Assembly (NCBI GenBank): GCA_964528605.1
Contig: CAZGSV010000003.1
Location: 2,094-66,093, forward strand
Direction of reading: 5' to 3'
Source of the DNA: an uncultured Armatimonadia bacterium
Lineage (GTDB): Bacteria > Armatimonadota > Zipacnadia > CAZGSV01
Length of the DNA: 64,000 bases
The stretch's first letter is position 1, and every line of letters begins with the position of its first letter. Under the pieces are notes generated by a model, which made no database searches, was not told the origin of the DNA, and saw only the letters and a program-made list of their open reading frames with translations. The position numbers were made by a program, and so were the translations under genes. This document shows positions 1 to 9,369 of this stretch, piece by piece.

Positions 1-1
1 G

Positions 2-748
2 GTGTCCCGCGCCATGGTGGAGGAGATGGAGCGCACGGGAACCGACCACGTGCTGCTCGACCTGCGCGCCATCGGACGGCAAAGGATGGAAGAGGAGTTC
101 CCCACCGTTCTGGCCGGCTGCCGCGAGTATGGCCTCGACCCGACGCAGGAGCCGATTCCGGTCTCGCCGGCCGCTCACTACATGATGGGGGGGGTGCGCA
201 CGGACCTGTGGGGGCGAACGGCGGTGCCCGGGCTGTACGCCGCAGGCGAGTGCGCCTGCACGGGCGTGCACGGAGCCAACCGGCTCGCGAGCAATTCCAT
301 GCTGGAGGGCATGGTGTTCGGCCATCGCGCGGGGGAGCGCGCGGCGGAAGAGGCTAGCGGGAACGGCTTGGGGAGCGGCCAGACTTGCTTGGCGGAGGAG
401 GGCATTACGGAAACGGTGCGCGAGGCGATGTCCCGCGGAGCCGGAGTGCGGCGCAGCGAGAGGTGCTTGCGCGAGGCTTTGGCCGCGCTGCAACGGGTCG
501 CCCCCCCCGAGCAAGGCGCCCTCACCCGGGGCGCCGTGGAGACGGCTCACCTACTATTGGTGGGACAGGCGGTGTGCGGCGCCGCCTTGGCTCGCAGAGA
601 GAGCCGCGGGGCACACTACCGGCTCGACTACCCGGAGACTCAGCCGCAGGCGGAACACAGCGTCGCCCGGCTGTCTGAGGAAGGGCAATTGCAGGTTCAC
701 TTCGAGGCGGCAGGCGCGCCGGGCAAGGAGGGAGGCGGCGTTGAGTAG
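2..748 (+). CDS. nadB: L-aspartate oxidase, C-terminal part (5' end outside window)
   Basis: Translation carries HYMMGG and GLYAAGE-x-ACTGVHGANRLASNS-LEG, diagnostic of the fumarate reductase/succinate dehydrogenase/L-aspartate oxidase flavoprotein family. The ORF runs off the left edge. Confidence 0.75.
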   Translation: MSRAMVEEMERTGTDHVLLDLRAIGRQRMEEEFPTVLAGCREYGLDPTQEPIPVSPAAHYMMGGVRTDLWGRTAVPGLYAAGECACTGVHGANRLASNSMLEGMVFGHRAGERAAEEASGNGLGSGQTCLAEEGITETVREAMSRGAGVRRSERCLREALAALQRVAPPEQGALTRGAVETAHLLLVGQAVCGAALARRESRGAHYRLDYPETQPQAEHSVARLSEEGQLQVHFEAAGAPGKEGGGVE

Positions 749-1238
749 CGGAGAGAGAATAGCCATCGCCCCCTCGCAGGGCATCACCCATATCAAGCGC
801 CGCGAGGGACTGGCGCACCTGAGTTTCCCGGTGGACCCGTACCGCAGTATGGGAGGGCCGCTGCAGGCGCTCGCCGAGGCGGAGGTCAGCCTGCTTTTCG
901 TCAAGCGCACGCCCAGTTTGGTTTCGCTGGCCGTGAGCCTGAAGCAACAGCAAAAGGCGGCCGACATACTGCGGCAGCAGGGGTTGGAGGTCGAGGTGGC
1001 GGCGCCGTGTGGGGTGGTATGCGTGGTCGGTTCCAACATGCGCCACACGGCCGGCGTGATGTGGAGGATTCTGGCTCGGCTGCACCAGGCGGAGGTGCGC
1101 GTGCTCAGCACCTCGGACTCGTTCAACTCGGTGTCCTGCTTAGTGCCGCAGGAGTCGGTGGAGCAGGCGGTGGCGGCGCTGAGCGAGGAGTTCTCGGTAA
1201 GCGAGCGCCGCGAGCCGGCGCCGCTGGATCCCTGGTAG
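741..1238 (+). CDS. stand-alone ACT-domain protein resembling an aspartokinase regulatory (beta) subunit
   Basis: 165 aa with two ACT-like segments (VSLLFVKRTPSLVSLAVSL..., VVCVVGSNMRHTAGVMWRILARL). TTG start overlaps the nadB stop by 8 nt. Lies between nadB and the aspartokinase. Confidence 0.5.
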   Translation: MSSGERIAIAPSQGITHIKRREGLAHLSFPVDPYRSMGGPLQALAEAEVSLLFVKRTPSLVSLAVSLKQQQKAADILRQQGLEVEVAAPCGVVCVVGSNMRHTAGVMWRILARLHQAEVRVLSTSDSFNSVSCLVPQESVEQAVAALSEEFSVSERREPAPLDPW

Positions 1239-1250
1239 CCAGAGGTAGCG

Positions 1251-2657
1251 ATGGAACGGCGTGCGCTAGTCACCAAGTTCGGCGGCGCCTCGGTTACTCC
1301 CGAGCATCGGCACTATGTGGCGCAGCGCGTGGCGCAACTGGTGGGCGAAGGCAATCCTGTCGTCGTGGTCGTTTCGGCGATGCACGCAGGCCAGGAGTAC
1401 GAGCCCTACTCTACCGACGCCTTGCTGGAACTGGCCCAGTCCGTGGGGCCCGCGGCGGACTTGCGCGAGCGCGACCTGCTGCTCTCCTGCGGTGAGATCA
1501 TCTCCACCGTGCTGATGGCGCACTATATGCGGGTGCACTATCCCTGGCCCGTCATCGCCCTCAGCGGGGGACAGGCCGGCATCATCACCGACTACAACTA
1601 CGGCAACGCCTCCATTGTGGCCAGCTACCCGGAGTACATTCGGGACATGTTGCAGCAGGGCTACGTGGTGCTGGTGGCCGGCTTCCAAGGCGTGACCGAG
1701 GCGGCGGAGAGCAGGAGCGGAGTGCACGGGGCCATCACCACGCTCGGCCGCGGGGGGGGCGACGCCACTGCTTGCGCGCTGGGCTATGCGCTCGAGGCCC
1801 AGAGGGTGGACATCTACACCGACGTGCCTGGCGTTATGACCGCGGACCCGGGTTTGTTCGAGCCGGGCGCGGCGGAGACGCCCTATCCGCTGGCGCGGGT
1901 CACCTATGAGGACGTGTGCGAGATGGCGCACCTGGGCGCGAAGGTGATGCAGGCGCGCGCGGCGGAGATCGCGCTGGTGCACCGCGTGCCTTTGCGCATC
2001 GCCTCCACCTGGGAGGACTGCCCCGGCACTTACGTAGTCAGCGGCGAGGGCTTCGCCGGGCCGGCGGTGACCGCGGTGGCCAACTCGGCGCGCGTCTTTC
2101 CCGTGGAGTTCGAGGTCGAGCGCGAAGAGGATAAGCGCGAGGTCGAAATCCAGATCATGCGCGCGCTGGGCGAGGCCGGCATCAGCGTCTATCTGGTGCA
2201 CAGCCGCCCCAACGGATGCTCCTTTGTCGTCGAGCAAGAGGCGCTGGAGCCGGTCAAGGACCTGCTTTACGGCCTAGTCATGCCTCTCCAGCGCGAAGGG
2301 CACGGACGCTACTACGTGATGAGCCCTTGGGACGCCAGGCCGCAGCGCTGGCAGCGGCTGGCGCCGGCGCAGTTGCAGGCGCGGGTGCTGCGCGAAGGCG
2401 TGCGGGACGGCGAAGTGCGCGAGGTGCCGCTGCAGTTCGGCGAACCGGCGAGCATCGTCTCCGTCATTGGCCCCGGCCTAAGGGATCGGGTGGGAGTCGC
2501 CGCCGCCGTGATCAGCGCCCTAGAGGAGCGCGGCCTCGAGGTGTGCGAGAGCGCCGAGTCGAGCAACTCGCTCTCTTGCCTGGTCTCCGAGCACGATCTG
2601 CCCGCAGCCGTGCAGGCCCTCCACCGGCGGCTGATAGTCGAGAGGGCGTTGGGGTGA
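1251..2657 (+). CDS. lysC: aspartate kinase with C-terminal ACT domains
   Basis: N-terminal KFGGASV motif, amino-acid kinase fold, and two C-terminal ACT repeats. 468 aa. Confidence 0.9.
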   Translation: MERRALVTKFGGASVTPEHRHYVAQRVAQLVGEGNPVVVVVSAMHAGQEYEPYSTDALLELAQSVGPAADLRERDLLLSCGEIISTVLMAHYMRVHYPWPVIALSGGQAGIITDYNYGNASIVASYPEYIRDMLQQGYVVLVAGFQGVTEAAESRSGVHGAITTLGRGGGDATACALGYALEAQRVDIYTDVPGVMTADPGLFEPGAAETPYPLARVTYEDVCEMAHLGAKVMQARAAEIALVHRVPLRIASTWEDCPGTYVVSGEGFAGPAVTAVANSARVFPVEFEVEREEDKREVEIQIMRALGEAGISVYLVHSRPNGCSFVVEQEALEPVKDLLYGLVMPLQREGHGRYYVMSPWDARPQRWQRLAPAQLQARVLREGVRDGEVREVPLQFGEPASIVSVIGPGLRDRVGVAAAVISALEERGLEVCESAESSNSLSCLVSEHDLPAAVQALHRRLIVERALG

Positions 2658-2730
2658 GACCGGGCGGCCTGTGGGGGCCGGCAGAACCTGTGGGTTGCCG
2701 CCGCGGACACTGGTCAGGTAGGGTAAGCAC

Positions 2731-3366
2731 ATGCGGATAGTTGACCTGAGTTACCAGATCTATCCGGGCATGTTCAGGTTCCTCGGCGACTACCATCCCG
2801 AGGTCAAGGTCGAGGTGACCGGCACCTACGAGCGCGACCGGTGCGAAGTGCGCCGCCTAACGATCGGCACGCACTCCGGCACTCACGTGGACGCCCCCGC
2901 GCATTTCATCCCCGGGGGACAGACGATTGAGCAGGTGCCGCTCGACGTTCTCTTCGCGCGCACGCAGATGATAGATGCCTGGACGGAGGTTGAGGGCGCG
3001 GTGCTACCGGGCGCGTTGTTCGACGACGCGGATTTCGCGCGCGTGGGCGGCGTGCTGATCCGCACCGGCTGGGAGCGGCGCTGGGGCGACGCCGCGTTCT
3101 ACCGCGGCTTCCCCGTGCTCGCGGGTGGTGTGATCCAGCGCCTGATGGCGCGCGGGTGTAAGCACTTGGCGGTTGACTTCCCGCTCACCACCGAGGTGCA
3201 CCAAGTGGCTCTAGGGGGGGGCGCAGTTCTCATGGAGAATCTGTGCAATGTGGCGGCGATAACGGAGCGCCGCCCGCTGCTTTCTGCCTTGGCGTTGCGA
3301 CTGCGCGGAGGAGACGCGTCACCGGCGAGAGTAGTGGCCATCGAAGGCTGGCCGGAAGAAGGTTAG
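2731..3366 (+). CDS. cyclase-family protein (kynurenine formamidase-like)
   Basis: HSGTHVDAPAHF motif (HxGTHxDAPxH) of the putative cyclase/arylformamidase family. 211 aa. Confidence 0.7.
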   Translation: MRIVDLSYQIYPGMFRFLGDYHPEVKVEVTGTYERDRCEVRRLTIGTHSGTHVDAPAHFIPGGQTIEQVPLDVLFARTQMIDAWTEVEGAVLPGALFDDADFARVGGVLIRTGWERRWGDAAFYRGFPVLAGGVIQRLMARGCKHLAVDFPLTTEVHQVALGGGAVLMENLCNVAAITERRPLLSALALRLRGGDASPARVVAIEGWPEEG

Positions 3367-3368
3367 CG

Positions 3369-4484
3369 ATGCGCTCCGCCTGGGTTGAGGTGGATCTCGG
3401 CGCCATCGAGCAGAACGTGCGCGGCGTGGCTCGCCTGGTGGGACAAAACTGCGCAGTGATGGCAGTGGTCAAGGCCAACGCGTATGGGCATGGCCTGGTG
3501 GAGACGGCGCTCGCCGCTCTGCGGGGGGGCGCCAAGTGGCTATGCGTCGCGCTGCCCGCCGAGGGCGTACGGTTGAGGGAGGAGGGGGTAGAGGCGCCGA
3601 TCCTGGTGCTCGGGGGGGCGCTGCCTGAGGAGGCGGCGGACCTCGCGGCTTACCGCCTGAGCGCGGCGGTCTACTCGGCTCGGCAGGTGCGCGCATCGGC
3701 TGCGGCCGCGGCCAAACTGGGGCTGGAGGCAGGAGTGCAGATAAAGGTTGACACCGGCATGGGCCGGCTGGGCGTCACCCCGGCCGAACTCCCCGCCCTG
3801 GCACAGACCTGCCAAGGGACGGACGGCGCGCGGCTGGAGGGCGTGTGGAGCCATCTCGCCACCGCGGACTGCGAAGACGACCTCTACGCGCAGGCGCAGT
3901 TCCGCCAGTTCCGCGCCGCGCTGCGAGCGGTGCGCTGGACCGGCCCCAAGCGCCTGGCCCACCTCTGCAACAGCGCCGCCATCCTTCAATTTCCGGCGAT
4001 GCACCTGAGCGGGGTGCGGCCTGGCTTGCTCATCTATGGCTTGCGCTGCACGCCCGTGGAGGAAGTCAAGGTGAACTATCGCCCGGCGCTTTCGTTGAAG
4101 GCCAAGGTGGTCATGGTCAAGCGCCGCCCTGCGGGTTGCCCGCTTTCCTATGGTTGCACCTACGTGACCGAGCGTTCCACCCGGCTGGCGACGGTACCTC
4201 TGGGATACGCCGACGGCTACAGCCGCGCCCTGAGCAACCGGGGACAGGTGCTCATCAAAGGGAAGCGCGCGCCCATCGTGGGCCGCGTCTGCATGGACCA
4301 GTTCCTGGTGGATGTCACTCACATCGCGGCAGTGCGGGAAGGCGACGAGGTGGTCCTCATCGGCCAGCAGGGCAGGCAGCGGATAGACGGATGTGAGGTT
4401 GCCACCTGGGCGGGAACAATAGTAAATGAAACGGTCTCTGCTCTGGGTGAGAGGCTACCGCGGGTGTACGTGAGGAAGGAGTAG
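3369..4484 (+). CDS. alr: alanine racemase
   Basis: MRSAWVEVDLGAIEQNVR...AVVKANAYGHG PLP-binding signature. The ATG at 3369 was chosen over the upstream in-frame extension from 3243, which overlaps the cyclase gene. Confidence 0.9.
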   Translation: MRSAWVEVDLGAIEQNVRGVARLVGQNCAVMAVVKANAYGHGLVETALAALRGGAKWLCVALPAEGVRLREEGVEAPILVLGGALPEEAADLAAYRLSAAVYSARQVRASAAAAAKLGLEAGVQIKVDTGMGRLGVTPAELPALAQTCQGTDGARLEGVWSHLATADCEDDLYAQAQFRQFRAALRAVRWTGPKRLAHLCNSAAILQFPAMHLSGVRPGLLIYGLRCTPVEEVKVNYRPALSLKAKVVMVKRRPAGCPLSYGCTYVTERSTRLATVPLGYADGYSRALSNRGQVLIKGKRAPIVGRVCMDQFLVDVTHIAAVREGDEVVLIGQQGRQRIDGCEVATWAGTIVNETVSALGERLPRVYVRKE

Positions 4485-4488
4485 GGGC

Positions 4489-5340
4489 ATGCGCTTGGCG
4501 GTGAGTACCAGCCTGTTCGCTGACCGCACGCTCGACAAGGCGCTGCAGTCAGCGGCTCAGGTCGGCTACCAGGGTGTGGAGATAATGTGCCGCGAGCCGC
4601 ACTTGCCCCCCAGCGCCTCCCGGCAGCGCGTGGAGCAGGTCAAAGCCCTGGTCTCGGACTTGGGCCTCACCGTCTGCTGCTTGGCCACGGAGACCGGCAA
4701 TTACGGCGACGCCATGTTGCAGGAGTGCCGCTTCCAACTCGAGACCCTCCGCGTCTACCTGGAGTTTGCCCGCATTCTGGAATGCGACCTGGTCCGGCAC
4801 GGCCCCGGCGGCCCCCCCGAATGGCGCGCCGCGGCCTCCAACTGGCAGCAGGCGGCTGACTGGATGAGGCGCGCGGCGGAGACGGCGCGCGGGGCAGGCG
4901 TCCGCATTGCCATGGAGATGGCCTTCGGCACCCTGATTGAGAGCCCCGAAGCGGCGCAGCGGATGCTGCAGATGATAGGCCGCAAGGAAGTGGGCCTCAT
5001 CCTGAGCCCGGGTGACTCCTACGTGGCCCGCATCGAACTCGCCTCTCACCGCCTGTCTCCCGTCAAGGACCGGGTCTTCCTCGTGCGCGTCCGGGATGAG
5101 GCCCGCGTTGAGGGCAGCACCGCTACGGGCGTCTTCGCCGTCGGCGATCGCTATTACGAGCACCGCCTGCTGGGCGAGGGCGACGTGGACTACCGCATGA
5201 TCGCCGGCTTCCTGCGCTCCATGGAATACGACGGCTGGGTGACCACCTACTACACCGGGCTGGTCGCGCGCGACATCGCGGCCCAGCACGAGTTGCAGGC
5301 TCTGAAAGCGCTTTTCGCTCCGACGGGGGGCGAGGCGTAG
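4489..5340 (+). CDS. sugar phosphate isomerase/epimerase (xylose-isomerase-like TIM barrel)
   Basis: 283 aa, AVSTSLF...GYQGVEI pattern of the AP-endonuclease-2/xylose-isomerase-like TIM-barrel family. Stop overlaps the next start by 1 nt. Confidence 0.65.
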   Translation: MRLAVSTSLFADRTLDKALQSAAQVGYQGVEIMCREPHLPPSASRQRVEQVKALVSDLGLTVCCLATETGNYGDAMLQECRFQLETLRVYLEFARILECDLVRHGPGGPPEWRAAASNWQQAADWMRRAAETARGAGVRIAMEMAFGTLIESPEAAQRMLQMIGRKEVGLILSPGDSYVARIELASHRLSPVKDRVFLVRVRDEARVEGSTATGVFAVGDRYYEHRLLGEGDVDYRMIAGFLRSMEYDGWVTTYYTGLVARDIAAQHELQALKALFAPTGGEA

Positions 5341-6602
5341 TGCCCGGGGGGGGCTCCGCTCCCAGACTCGGGGGCGCCGAGATACTGCGTTTCCTCGAAG
5401 GCCTGCGGGGGCTCGCGCAGGAGTGGCTCACGGAACTGATCGCCATCCCCAGCCTCTCCGGGCAGGAAGCCGAGGTCCAAACCTGGGTTGTCGAGCGGCT
5501 GCGGGAAATGGGGCTCCGGCCGCAACAGTTGCCCGTCCCTGAGAGTCTGCGCGAGGACGAGGAGTACTCGCACTCCGACTGCACGGCGCCCTACGATGGT
5601 CGGCCCAACCTGGTGGCGGAGATGGGAGGGGACCAAGGAGCCAGCCTCATCTGGTCGGCCCACACCGATGTGGTTCCCGCCAAGGGCTGGGAGGGCGCCT
5701 TCACTCCGCAAGTCGAGGGCACCCGCGTGATCGGCCGCGGGGCCGTTGACGCCAAGGGACAAGTGCTGACCGCGCTGCTCGCCTGGCATGCTCTGCGCCA
5801 ACTGGGCATTGCGCTCAAGGGCCGCCTGGAGGCGCAGTTCGTCATCGAGGAGGAGTTCGGCGGCAACGGCGCCCTGGCCCTCATCCGCGCGGGACGGCGC
5901 GCCGACGGCGTCGTCGTGCTCGAGCCCACGAACCAGCAGATTCACCCCGCCAACCGTGGCGCCATCTGGTTCCGCTTCACCGTCGAGGGCAAGCCCACGC
6001 ACATGGGCCGCAAGCAGGAAGGCGTCAACGCCATCGAGGAGGCGGTCGAACTCATCCACCTGCTGCAAGATTACGAGCGCCGCTTGGTCGAGGAGAGCCG
6101 CGGCGTCCCCCAGTTCGAGCGCTACGAGGCGCCGGTGCAGGTCAACATCGGCATGATCAACGGCGGCGAGTGGCCCTCCATGGTGCCCGCCAAGGCCGTC
6201 CTTGAGGGCGGCGTCGGCTTCCTGCCCAACAAGCCGATGGCGCAGGTGAAGGAGGGACTCCGCGCCCTGGTGGAGGAGAAAGGCGGCGCATGGCTCCGCA
6301 CCCACTACCGCCTCGAGTTCCCCAAACTGCACAACGACTCGTATGCCATACCATCGGAGCACCCGCTTCCAGTGCGCTTGCAGGAGGCTTGCCGCGAGAT
6401 AGGCGTAGAGGCGGACATCTTCGGCTGGAACATCAGTTGCGACGCCCGCCTCTACAACCGCGTCGGCGGTATGCCCACGGTCGTCTATGGTGCTGGCGAG
6501 CCCGCCCAGGCGCATGCCAAGGGCGAGAACACAGATATTCGCGAGGTGCTGCGCGCCGCGGCCGCGCTGGCGCTCTTCAGCGCGCGCTGGTGCGGCACAT
6601 GA
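5340..6602 (+). CDS. M20-family metallopeptidase / ArgE-DapE-type deacylase
   Basis: AHTDVVPA motif and M20 dimerisation-domain pattern. 420 aa, GTG start. Confidence 0.75.
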   Translation: MPGGGSAPRLGGAEILRFLEGLRGLAQEWLTELIAIPSLSGQEAEVQTWVVERLREMGLRPQQLPVPESLREDEEYSHSDCTAPYDGRPNLVAEMGGDQGASLIWSAHTDVVPAKGWEGAFTPQVEGTRVIGRGAVDAKGQVLTALLAWHALRQLGIALKGRLEAQFVIEEEFGGNGALALIRAGRRADGVVVLEPTNQQIHPANRGAIWFRFTVEGKPTHMGRKQEGVNAIEEAVELIHLLQDYERRLVEESRGVPQFERYEAPVQVNIGMINGGEWPSMVPAKAVLEGGVGFLPNKPMAQVKEGLRALVEEKGGAWLRTHYRLEFPKLHNDSYAIPSEHPLPVRLQEACREIGVEADIFGWNISCDARLYNRVGGMPTVVYGAGEPAQAHAKGENTDIREVLRAAAALALFSARWCGT

Positions 6603-6764
6603 CGAGAGAGCGGTAGCATTGGGGACTGCACGTCGGGGGTGAACCCCGACGCTACGGGAGGTGCTCGGTAGCGTCCGGGTTTACTCCGGACGCCGCGGTC
6701 GCGTTCTGGGGTGGCGCCGGGAGGAGATGCGTTGGGGTGGGCTTAGAGGAAAGGAGCGTATGCA

Positions 6765-7838
6765 ATGCCCGTTCGCATTGGCGTAGTGGGCGTAGGCAAG
6801 TTCGGCGTCAACCATCTGCGCGCCTTTCGTCAGGCCGGCTGGGACGGCCGCGCGCAACTGGTGGCCGCGGCGGACACTGACGAGCGCCGCCTGGAGGAGG
6901 CGCGCCAGGAGTTCGCCGTCAAAGGCTATAGCGACTACCGCGTCATGATTGAGAAAGAGAAGTTGGACGCGGTCACCATCGTCACCCCCGATCACCTGCA
7001 CCGCGAGATCGCGCTTTTTGCGCTCGACGCGGCCAAGCACATCCTGGTCGAAAAGCCCCTCGACGTCACCGTGCAGGGCTGCCTGGACATCCTCGAGAAA
7101 GGCAGACAGGCCGGCCGCCTGGTGCAGGTTGACTTCCACAAGCGCTACGACCCCTACCATCTGGAACTCGAGCGCCTCGTGCAGGCGGGCGAACTAGGGG
7201 ACATCGAGTACGGCTACGTGCACATGGAGGACCGCCTCGAGGTGCCGCGCGACTGGTTCCCGCACTGGGCGCCGCGCTCCTCGCCCAACTGGTTCCTGGG
7301 CGTGCACTTCTACGATCTCGTTCGCTGGGTGCTGAAGAGCGACGGCAAGCGCGTCTTCGCCACGGGCAGAAAAGCGAAACTCACCTCTCTCGGCGTGGAC
7401 ACCTGGGACTCGATTCACGCGCACGTCGAGTTCGAGAACGGCGCGCAGGTGACTTTCCACTCCTCGTGGATATTGCCCGACCGTTTCGAGGCGATAGTCA
7501 ATCAGGGGCTGAGGCTGGTGGGCACCGAGGGGCTAATCGAGATTGACTCGCAGTCGCGCGGCGCGGAGATGGCGAGCGCAAAGCGGGGCCAGGCGACGCT
7601 CAACATGGGCTTCCTGCGCGAGTACAGGGACCGCAAGGGGCGCACGAACTGGGCGGGCTATGGCATCGAGAGCATTCTCGATTTCGCCGACAACGCGAAC
7701 CACCTGCTCGAGGGCGGGAAGTTGGAGGACCTCGGCGGCCGCTATCCCAGCGCGGAGGACGGGCTAGAGGTCACGCGGATCGCCTCCGCCGTCGAGGAAA
7801 GCATCGCCTCCGGCGCCCCGGTCAAGATTCAGCGTTAG
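6765..7838 (+). CDS. Gfo/Idh/MocA-family NAD(P)-dependent oxidoreductase
   Basis: N-terminal IGVVGVGKFG Rossmann motif and EKPL motif. 357 aa. Confidence 0.8.
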   Translation: MPVRIGVVGVGKFGVNHLRAFRQAGWDGRAQLVAAADTDERRLEEARQEFAVKGYSDYRVMIEKEKLDAVTIVTPDHLHREIALFALDAAKHILVEKPLDVTVQGCLDILEKGRQAGRLVQVDFHKRYDPYHLELERLVQAGELGDIEYGYVHMEDRLEVPRDWFPHWAPRSSPNWFLGVHFYDLVRWVLKSDGKRVFATGRKAKLTSLGVDTWDSIHAHVEFENGAQVTFHSSWILPDRFEAIVNQGLRLVGTEGLIEIDSQSRGAEMASAKRGQATLNMGFLREYRDRKGRTNWAGYGIESILDFADNANHLLEGGKLEDLGGRYPSAEDGLEVTRIASAVEESIASGAPVKIQR

Positions 7839-7866
7839 CGCAGCCGTCAGCGGATGCAGTACGTAG

Positions 7867-7888
7867 GGGCGGAGGCTCGGCTCCGCCC
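7867..7888 (+). terminator. GC-rich hairpin downstream of the oxidoreductase gene (GGGCGGAG-gctcgg-CTCCGCCC), preceded by a CGTAGGGGC motif
   Basis: Perfect 8-bp inverted repeat seen directly. No U-tract, so it may be a REP-like element rather than a classical intrinsic terminator. Confidence 0.3.
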
Positions 7889-8013
7889 GCCCCGGCCGCC
7901 GCGGCAGGCCCCGGCGCTCCACCTGCCTCGTCAGACCCCGGACCGATGGTGTTATACTCTGTTACGGTGGGCTCAACGCGACTAGAGCAAGACGCGACAA
8001 CGCCGGGCTAGAC

Positions 8014-9099
8014 TTGTGCCTCTTGGGTGTTGCCCTGCTGGTGCTCCTCGCGGGGTGCGGGCGTGGGGGCAACGACTGGGGCCCCGATATCGTGGCGCTT
8101 TCCTGGGCAGGTGACCGCCTCCTAGTGGGCTGTGGGCCGGCGGGGCCTCGGGCGGGCGTGCTCGTGCTGGCCGCAGAGGGGCGTACCACCACAAATGCCA
8201 AATGGCTGGCCCTTCCGCGGGCGCTGCGCGGGCTGCGGCTGGCCGCGGTCTCCGGCTCACCGGACGGCCGTCGCGTAGCCGTCACGCTCGAGCGAGAATA
8301 CGACGACGTGCTCGCATACGCCGACCTGGGCAAGGGGAAGTGGCGCAGGCTGGGGCAGGGATGGTTCCGGTTCGTACAGCCCTACTGGGCACCGGATGGG
8401 AAGCGACTGGCGGTCGTCGGCATGACCGACGCGGACGAGGATTTCTGCGCGCTCATGTTTGACGTGCAGGCCGAGCGCCCGCAGGTGGCAGCGCTCAAGC
8501 CGGCGGACCCGCAGGTCACTCACGTGAATGAGGTGTCTTGGTCGCCCGACGGCAGCCGTCTGGCCCTGATGGCCCTCTCCAAGGACCAACTCGGCGACAT
8601 CTGGGTGACGCAGGCGGCTCGCCCAGGCCGCGAGTGGACGCGCCTTAGCGACGACGGCGAGGGCTGGTGGCACATGCTATCCTGGACGCCGGGGAGCACC
8701 GGAGTGGTGTACGTTCGGATCCCCAGGGCGGGCGGTCCGTATGAACTCACTCGGGTGAGTCTGGGTCGGTCGAAGCCTCGCATCCTGCTACGGTTGCCGC
8801 TTCGGGGAGACAAGCGCGGATGGCCGGGAAGCGCGCTGGGTCCGGATGGACGCGTGGCGCTTGTCAAGGAACGGGACAGTGTGGTCACGATACTTCAGGC
8901 GGGACAGCAGGCGCGCAAGGTGGACCTGAAGGAAACCCCACTCGGCGCGTACGCCTGGCACACCTCGAAGCCCAGGCTCGCCGTGGTCGCTGGCGGACAT
9001 CGCGTGTACGTGATCGACCCGGAAGCGCGCCAGGGCCGGCTCGTGTTTGACAGCGCCGCGCACCGCGAGACCGGATCGACGGGGCGGCCACCCGGCTGA
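8014..9099 (+). CDS. PD40/TolB-like beta-propeller lipoprotein
   Basis: Lipobox LLAGCG after a hydrophobic leader. Repeated W(A/S)PDG(K/S)RLA PD40-type motifs. Confidence 0.6.
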   Translation: MCLLGVALLVLLAGCGRGGNDWGPDIVALSWAGDRLLVGCGPAGPRAGVLVLAAEGRTTTNAKWLALPRALRGLRLAAVSGSPDGRRVAVTLEREYDDVLAYADLGKGKWRRLGQGWFRFVQPYWAPDGKRLAVVGMTDADEDFCALMFDVQAERPQVAALKPADPQVTHVNEVSWSPDGSRLALMALSKDQLGDIWVTQAARPGREWTRLSDDGEGWWHMLSWTPGSTGVVYVRIPRAGGPYELTRVSLGRSKPRILLRLPLRGDKRGWPGSALGPDGRVALVKERDSVVTILQAGQQARKVDLKETPLGAYAWHTSKPRLAVVAGGHRVYVIDPEARQGRLVFDSAAHRETGSTGRPPG

Positions 9100-9149
9100 G
9101 GGGCGCTCCTATCGGGCAGAGGGCGGGCCCTCCTGCGGCTGGTAAACCA

Positions 9150-9360
9150 GGCGGCCGTCCCCTACGCCTCGACGCCTGGCGGCGTCGCGGGCGGAGTCAA
9201 GTCTCCGCCCCTACGAGGGATGGGCGGTGCCTGCGGCGTCGCCCCGCCAAAGGCGGGGCTCCTACAAGGCGACGCCTAACGGCGTCGCTGAGGGTCGCGC
9301 CCAAGGGCGCTCCTACAAGTCCGAGGCCCGGCGGCGTCGCGCCCCTGTCTACTGTCTACT
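9150..9360. repeat. cluster of REP-like units (CTAC + GACGCC-TGGC/TAAC-GGCGTC palindrome, at 9161-9176 and 9271-9286, plus a degenerate third) followed by CTGTCTACTGTCTACT (9345-9360)
   Basis: Palindromes and direct repeats read directly. The same units recur at 16070, 18632 and 18778. Confidence 0.7.
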
Positions 9361-9369
9361 CCCTTGGGG

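Noticed and set aside
3243-3368. Upstream extensions of alr (from 3243) and argS (from 46877)
   Set aside because: The extensions overlap the preceding cyclase and phoU genes. Canonical N-termini (MRSAWVEVDLGAIE for alr; MPVSLDPLAPYL for argS) start at internal ATGs.
5250-6515. Long antisense ORFs in the track, for example 5250-6515 (421 aa), 12698-14488 (596 aa), 21721-24114 (797 aa), 31205-33493 (762 aa), 38864-40573 (569 aa), 45003-46361 (452 aa) and 47213-48835 (540 aa)
   Set aside because: Each lies entirely within, and opposite to, a gene with clear family signatures (M20 peptidase, hypB/GGCT fusion, URO-D/hydrolase, SBP, dnaA, TPR protein, argS). Their translations are Arg/Ala/Pro/Gly-rich low-complexity, typical of stop-codon-poor frames in ~70% GC DNA.
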